Source of the DNA: Oligoflexales bacterium
GTDB taxonomy: Bacteria; Bdellovibrionota_B; Oligoflexia; Oligoflexales; Bog-1112
Reading direction: 5' to 3'
Assembly (NCBI GenBank): GCA_045105515.1
Contig: JBGCDR010000397.1
Coordinates: 1-12,480, forward strand
DNA: 12,480 nt
Of this stretch, positions 7,888 to 12,480 are shown one piece after another; position 1 is the first letter of the stretch; each line of letters starts with the position of its first letter. The translations under genes were made by a program, and so were the position numbers. The notes under the pieces are model-generated. The model saw nothing but the letters and a program-made list of their open reading frames with translations, searched no databases and was not told the origin of the DNA.

Positions 7888-8000
7888 TCTAAGACCTTTC
7901 TTCATTAATTGGAGCTTGCTATATGCGGTCTTTGGTGTATGCTTGGTTAACTTTGTGCCTCTTGAGGCATTATGTTCATTCAATGAGAAGATTATAGTAT

Positions 8001-9035
8001 ATGAAAATTCAGGAACTTGCAGCTTACCTTGGTGCTTCTCTTCAGATTCCAAAGGGGCGAGAAGAGTTGGTTAACTTGGATATTGTTGATTTAGCCCCTA
8101 TCGATGTGGCAGAAGAAGGTCATGTAACCTTTCTCACAAACCCACGAATGACTCATGAAGTTAAAGATAGCAAAGCAAGCGTCATCATCATTGGTGAAGC
8201 ACTGGAATCAGTGCCAATGGCTCAGATCGTCTGTAAAAATCCACGTCTTGCCATGACTCTTGCCAGCCAGCTTTTTTATGAGACGAAGCATAGTTTTAGC
8301 GGACGCAGTAATATGGCATTTATCCACCCTGATGCGCAGGTTCATGAAACCGCAGTTATATATCCTTTGGCATATGTGGGCCCGCGCGCAGTGGTGGAAA
8401 AGGGCTGCTATGTGTACCCAAACGTTTACATTGGCGAAGATTGCTCTGTAGGTGAAAATACTGTCATCTACCCCAGTGCAGTTTTGATGCACGGAACAAA
8501 ACTTGGGAGCAAAGTCATTATTCATGCAGGCGCAGTGTTGGGAGGAGATGGCTTCGGCTTTACACCATCTGCCGAAGGCAATGTTAAGATTCCGCAAAAA
8601 GGAACAGTGAGAATTGAAGATGATTGTGAAATAGGTCCACTTGCCACCATAGACCGAGCAACTTTTGCTCAAACTATCCTAAAAAAAGGAGCCAAGCTCG
8701 ATTCTCAAGTTCATATTGGTCACAATGTAGAACTTGGAGAACACTCTATGCTTTGTGGACAGGTTGGTGTTGCGGGAAGCACTAGAATCGGTAAGAGGTT
8801 TGTTGCTGCAGGCCAAGCAGCAGTCGGCCCTGGCTTAGAAATAGGAGACAACGTGGTACTTGGTCCTAAAGCAGGTCTTACCCAATCTCAAAAAGATCCA
8901 GGAGAGTATATGGGTATGCCCGTGGTCCCTTCTTTGGACTGGAGAAAGCAAGCCATTGCGATTAAAAAACTCCCCGATCTTATTAAAAAGGTCAATCAGC
9001 TCGAAAAACGTTTAGCTGAGCTGGACAAGCTATAA
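8001..9035 (+). CDS. lpxD: UDP-3-O-(3-hydroxyacyl)glucosamine N-acyltransferase
   Basis: N-terminal uridine-binding domain (GHVTFL...NPRLA), hexapeptide left-handed beta-helix repeats, GGDGFGF, KIPQKG, TIDRAT, catalytic VHIGHN and C-terminal coiled coil. Confidence 0.95.
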   Translation: MKIQELAAYLGASLQIPKGREELVNLDIVDLAPIDVAEEGHVTFLTNPRMTHEVKDSKASVIIIGEALESVPMAQIVCKNPRLAMTLASQLFYETKHSFSGRSNMAFIHPDAQVHETAVIYPLAYVGPRAVVEKGCYVYPNVYIGEDCSVGENTVIYPSAVLMHGTKLGSKVIIHAGAVLGGDGFGFTPSAEGNVKIPQKGTVRIEDDCEIGPLATIDRATFAQTILKKGAKLDSQVHIGHNVELGEHSMLCGQVGVAGSTRIGKRFVAAGQAAVGPGLEIGDNVVLGPKAGLTQSQKDPGEYMGMPVVPSLDWRKQAIAIKKLPDLIKKVNQLEKRLAELDKL

Positions 9036-9044
9036 GATCTTGCC

Positions 9045-9075
9045 ATGTCATGGCGTTCCTTATGACATTTTTTTT
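9045..9075 (+). terminator. Probable intrinsic terminator after lpxD
   Basis: Stem ATGTCAT (9045-9051) / ATGACAT (9062-9068) with additional G-U pairs, followed by a run of T to 9075. It starts 10 nt after the stop codon. Confidence 0.55.
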
Positions 9076-9270
9076 ACATTTCTCTGAATTTTGAGTATTT
9101 CTCGCGTGTCAATGCGACAAGATCCCTTTGGCAGAACAATCATAGTTGGGATTTTCGAATAGCAAAAGCGAGAGGTATTGACTAGTTTAGTAAAATAACA
9201 AACAAATATAATTAATAGCTGAACCAAAAATTTTGGGACTTAGCCTCTTAGGAAAAAACGGGTATATTTT

Positions 9271-10284
9271 ATGAGAATTTGCAGCGAAGTGATTGGAATT
9301 GGGAGCTATCTACCTTCCAAAGTTGTTGGTAATCAAGAACTTGAAGAAGTCTTGGATACTTCGGATGAGTGGATTAAGAAACGGTGCGGTATTCATACTC
9401 GGCACTGGGCGGACCCGAAAGAAACGACCTCTGATTTGGCTTTAAAAGCATCTCATAAGGCGATAGAACAGGCCCAGATTGATCCAGCATCTATTGATAT
9501 GATCATTGTGGCAACAGTTACCCCAGATCATGAGTTTCCAGGAACTGCCTGCTTCCTTCAGGCTAAACTTGAGCTACCAGGAATCCCAGCAATCGATGTT
9601 CGACAGCAGTGCAGTGGCTTTATTTATGCCATGTCACAGGCTGACTTATACCTAAAGTCGGGCTCTTATAAAAATGTCTTGCTTGTATGTGCAGAATTGC
9701 ATTCGAAATGTTTGGATTTGAGCCCTCGCGGGAGAGGAGTCTCAATTCTTTTCGGAGATGGTGCTGCTGCAATGGTTCTGCAAGCAAAAGAAAACCGTAA
9801 CAAGGATGATTCCCAGGTATATTCTACATCTATTCATAGTGATGGGTCGTTTGCTAAAATGCTCTGGTGTCCGGCCCCGGGTAATGGAATGCCGTGTTCC
9901 ACGCGAATTGACGCAGGAATGTTAGAAGAGGGTCTCCAATTTCCACATATGAATGGAAGGGCCATTTTTACCCATGCAGTAAGGCATATGTCGAAGTCGC
10001 TCAATGACTGCTTGGCAGACAATCAGGTGGAACTTGATGATGTTGATCTGTTGTTTTTCCACCAAGCAAACCTCAGAATTTGCGAGGCTGTAGAAAAGCA
10101 ATTAGAGGTAAAACCTGGGCGCGTTTACAATACAATTCAGGAATATGGCAATACTACTGCAGCAACTATTCCCCTTGGTATTGAGCATGCTGTACGTAAT
10201 GGAGTTCTGAAAAAAGGGATGCTGATTGCAACGGTTGCATTCGGAAGTGGTTTTACGTGGGGGTCAAGCTTAATTCGCTGGTAG
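9271..10284 (+). CDS. fabH: 3-oxoacyl-ACP synthase III (beta-ketoacyl-ACP synthase III)
   Basis: GIGSYLP, DTSDEWI, catalytic triad in QCSGF, HQAN and YGNT, LFGDGA, and terminal FGSGFTWG. Confidence 0.92.
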   Translation: MRICSEVIGIGSYLPSKVVGNQELEEVLDTSDEWIKKRCGIHTRHWADPKETTSDLALKASHKAIEQAQIDPASIDMIIVATVTPDHEFPGTACFLQAKLELPGIPAIDVRQQCSGFIYAMSQADLYLKSGSYKNVLLVCAELHSKCLDLSPRGRGVSILFGDGAAAMVLQAKENRNKDDSQVYSTSIHSDGSFAKMLWCPAPGNGMPCSTRIDAGMLEEGLQFPHMNGRAIFTHAVRHMSKSLNDCLADNQVELDDVDLLFFHQANLRICEAVEKQLEVKPGRVYNTIQEYGNTTAATIPLGIEHAVRNGVLKKGMLIATVAFGSGFTWGSSLIRW

Positions 10285-10302
10285 TTTAACTACTACATGC
10301 AG

Positions 10303-10327
10303 CAAGAGGCTTCTTAAAAGCTACTTG
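10303..10327. terminator. Possible imperfect hairpin terminator between convergent fabH and the metalloprotease-like gene
   Basis: CAAG-AG-GCTT...AAGC-TA-CTTG imperfect stem in a 61-bp convergent gap, with T-rich sequence downstream. Confidence 0.3.
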
Positions 10328-10345
10328 ACTTTCATTTGACTTGTT

Positions 10346-10885
10346 TTAAAGGCTGATTCGGCCTAGTTCAGAGATATATGCATCAGTTAGTGAGTAATCG
10401 ATGAGCAAGCCGATTTCGATGGCATTCCTTGTTAGCACATGAGTGATGTCTTTTGCCATAATCCCTTTGTTATAATCGTCATGTTCTTTTTCAAACACAC
10501 AATGGATGAGTTCGTGAAAAACCACCATTTTTAAGACAGTATCGCTTTGGTCGGGAAAATCTTTTTCGATGTTGTGCATGTAAATCTCAATATTTCGAAC
10601 ATATGAGGTCTTGATATTGACGCTTGCTATCTTGTCTTTGTTTTCATCAATGGTGCATTTACCATAAAGGTGATCAGACGATGTTTGAGCAAAATTTATG
10701 TTCTCAATTTCTTTATATTTGATTGCAGATACGCCAACTTTATTTTTTTTCAAGATGGAAAAAAATTCGTCAACAAAGATGCGCAGTTCTGGAGAGACAT
10801 TTGGGTCTCCAAGCTTGTCTTCAATACCGCAAGACCCAAGGACAGAAAAAAAGAATAATGATACTAATATGCTAGACCGATCCAT
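10346..10885 (-). CDS. Putative lipoprotein, zinc metalloprotease-like (metzincin-type HEXXH)
   Basis: Hydrophobic signal with lipobox LGSC. VVFHELIHCVFEKEH zinc-binding motif followed by a Met-turn-like GIM. An upstream YGKC cysteine could pair with the Cys after HEXXH. Confidence 0.7.
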   Translation of the reverse strand: MDRSSILVSLFFFSVLGSCGIEDKLGDPNVSPELRIFVDEFFSILKKNKVGVSAIKYKEIENINFAQTSSDHLYGKCTIDENKDKIASVNIKTSYVRNIEIYMHNIEKDFPDQSDTVLKMVVFHELIHCVFEKEHDDYNKGIMAKDITHVLTRNAIEIGLLIDYSLTDAYISELGRISL

Positions 10886-10958
10886 GTCCGCTTTTAAACC
10901 CCTCTCTACTACTCTTCATAATACCCCAAAGTTCTCACCTTTGACGTATGTATAAAAG

Positions 10959-10985
10959 GTATCGGTAAAATGACATGTGAATTTA
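10959..10985 (-). promoter_or_regulatory. Putative sigma-28 (FliA) promoter for the metalloprotease-like lipoprotein
   Basis: The minus strand reads TAAA-N15-ACCGATAC: exact consensus spacing and a 6/8 match to GCCGATAA, about 73 bp upstream of the ATG. Confidence 0.6.
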
Positions 10986-11085
10986 AGTGTAATTATTTTA
11001 TGTGTATTTTTATTCATAATATTGGTGCCATATAAATTTAAGTAAATTCTATTACAATTACCTCTACCCAAAAGTAAATCCAAGC

Positions 11086-11114
11086 TTGAAGTATGGTAAT
11101 TAGGCTTCTATACT
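11086..11114 (+). promoter_or_regulatory. Putative sigma-70 promoter for the exonuclease gene
   Basis: TTGAAG (11086-11091) - 17 nt - TATACT (11109-11114). RBS AAGGAG at 11164-11169 precedes ATG 11177. Confidence 0.6.
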
Positions 11115-11176
11115 TGTTTCTCTTTAATGCCCCAAGATCGTGGAAAAATCCCTAGTTTGGTAGAAGGAGTAGCTCA

Positions 11177-12043
11177 ATGCGGCAAGTATTTGGAATGTCG
11201 GAGGATGGGAACACAATTGTGCTGGAGCGTTTTGACGGAAAGCTGAAATTTGCATCCGTAGATACTCCCCACACCCAGGCTCTTGGTCTATATTTGGATG
11301 TTGAAACTACAGGGATCATAGTTCAGACGGATAAGATTATCGATCTAGGATATGTGCTATTTTCTTATGAAAAAACTACAGGAAGAATCACTGGGATCGT
11401 TAAAGAGTTCAGTCAATTGCAGGATCCTGAGGAAGCCTTGTCTCCGATTGTAAAGAAAATAACGGGATATTCAGATTCTGATTTGAAAGGTAAGAAAATT
11501 AATTGGACTGAAGTTGCAGCTGACTTTGAAAAGGCGAATGTTGTGATCGCTCATAATGCACGTTTTGATCGTGCTTTTATTGATCGATATCTTCCTGCTT
11601 CTCGTCAAAAAGTATGGACTTGTTCTATGTCACAAATAGATTGGAAGAACAAAGGCCATGGCTCTCGTTCGCTTGAATATCTTGCGAAAGACCATGGATT
11701 TTTCTTCAACGGACATACAGCCCTTATGGACGCTAAGGCAAGTTTGAAGCTATTAAAAATGCATGATCCTGATAAAGACGTCCCTTATTTACACGAGCTA
11801 TTGGGTAATGCAAGGATTCAAAAGAAATGGGTCTTTGCAAATGGAGCAAGTTTTGATCTTAAGGATGAACTAAAGCAAAGAGGTTATATGTGGGAACGAC
11901 AAAAGAGGGTCTGGAAAAAATGTGTGCCTCTTGAGAGTATGGAAGAGGAGGAGTTTTTGGCTCAGCATTCGCTTGGTGGACAAACAAGTTCTGAACCAAT
12001 TTCACTTCATGATCTTTTTAAAACTGAAAGCCCTAATGCTTAA
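11177..12043 (+). CDS. DEDDh 3'-5' exonuclease (DNA polymerase III epsilon/DnaQ-like) with a small C-terminal domain
   Basis: ExoI YLDVETTG, ExoII IAHNARFD and ExoIII HTALMD. The C-terminal FDLKDELKQRGYMW..KRVW segment resembles DUF5710-type domains. Strong RBS. Confidence 0.9.
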   Translation: MRQVFGMSEDGNTIVLERFDGKLKFASVDTPHTQALGLYLDVETTGIIVQTDKIIDLGYVLFSYEKTTGRITGIVKEFSQLQDPEEALSPIVKKITGYSDSDLKGKKINWTEVAADFEKANVVIAHNARFDRAFIDRYLPASRQKVWTCSMSQIDWKNKGHGSRSLEYLAKDHGFFFNGHTALMDAKASLKLLKMHDPDKDVPYLHELLGNARIQKKWVFANGASFDLKDELKQRGYMWERQKRVWKKCVPLESMEEEEFLAQHSLGGQTSSEPISLHDLFKTESPNA

Positions 12044-12325
12044 TAAATCTACCTTGTAAATTTCAAGTAACTTTCATTGATTTTAATATAGACTAGGTTA
12101 TCTTGCTCCGCTAAATTCACCTAATTTTCAATCGTCTAAATTTGAATGTTATTAAATTCCTGATGTCAAATAAAAAATAGACACCATAATTTAAGATCAT
12201 TATTTTTTAGGTCTGAATTGTGATGCTTAAATTTAAGGAATATGTTTTTTCTTGAATTTGATTCAAAATCGGCATAAATAGTAGAGGTCTTTATAGGGAG
12301 ATTCTGCTTTTTTTATAGGAATAAT

Positions 12326-12343
12326 ATGAATATCTTAAAAACT
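12326..12343 (+). pseudogene. Possible 5' stub (MNILKT) of a gene interrupted by the IS30-like element
   Basis: AGGA (12317-12320) lies 5 nt before ATG 12326. Six codons are followed directly by the IS end at 12344, and the frame closes inside the IS at TAA 12359-12361. Confidence 0.35.
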
Positions 12344-12480
12344 GGCGGATTGCTAGATTAAGTGCAGAAGAAAAAATTCCATCGCTTCGGAAGGCGGATT
12401 TAGTTTAGTCTATGAGGCTAATCTGCTTGCAAGAAAGGGGTATTTATGTCTGCCAATCTCACTTATGAGCAAAGGTATGA
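12344..12480 (+). mobile_element. Left end of an IS30-family insertion sequence (runs off the window)
   Basis: GGCGG-N11-AAGTGCA matches the layout of IS30-family (IS1086-type) inverted repeats as recalled. It is followed about 100 bp later by an RBS and a transposase-like start. Confidence 0.7.
12446..12480 (+). CDS. N-terminus of a probable IS30-family transposase (partial)
   Basis: RBS AAAGGGG, then MSANLTYEQRY(D/E), resembling the LTxEE/QRyxI start of the IS30 N-terminal HTH (HTH_38). Only 11 full codons are visible. Confidence 0.6.
   Translation, partial: MSANLTYEQRY

Noticed and set aside
7888..8052. 55-residue N-terminal extension of the GT2 ORF in the track (start 8052)
   Set aside because: It overlaps the divergent lpxD start and has no GT2-like sequence. 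A better RBS/ATG exists at 7887.
2072..10955. Short alternative ORFs in the track (2072, 2927, 3170, 4746, 5584, 7442, 7820, 8208, 8260, 9834, 10670, 10698)
   Set aside because: All overlap well-supported genes on the opposite strand or in another frame and show no recognisable motifs.
11923..11935. 13-mer TGTGCCTCTTGAG shared with 7954-7966
   Set aside because: About one 13-nt match is expected by chance in 12.5 kb, and this copy lies inside a CDS and is not palindromic.

Overview
AT-rich bacterial chromosomal segment, probably from an Oligoflexia/Bdellovibrionota-like organism (inferred from gene content and sigma-28-type promoters; not verified). From left to right it holds: a 137-bp probable insertion-sequence (IS) end that truncates an APH/hydroxylysine-kinase-like phosphotransferase; a putative outer-membrane protein; a MazG-like NTP pyrophosphatase; a stand-alone Hpt+receiver protein behind a sigma-28-like promoter; a four-gene minus-strand cluster (DPM1-like GT2, CAP/SCP lipoprotein with a Ser/Thr/Glu repeat linker, cellulose-synthase-like GT2, GT-C/GT87-like membrane glycosyltransferase); a divergent orphan lpxD followed by fabH; a HEXXH zinc-metalloprotease-like lipoprotein behind a second sigma-28-like promoter; a DEDDh (DnaQ-like) exonuclease; and the first 137 bp of an IS30-family element, apparently inserted six codons into another gene. 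No rRNA, tRNA or CRISPR array was seen. The strongest leads are the glycosyltransferase cluster with its embedded repeat-linker CAP lipoprotein, the kinase-less Hpt-REC protein, and the two symmetric gene-disrupting IS ends that bound the window.
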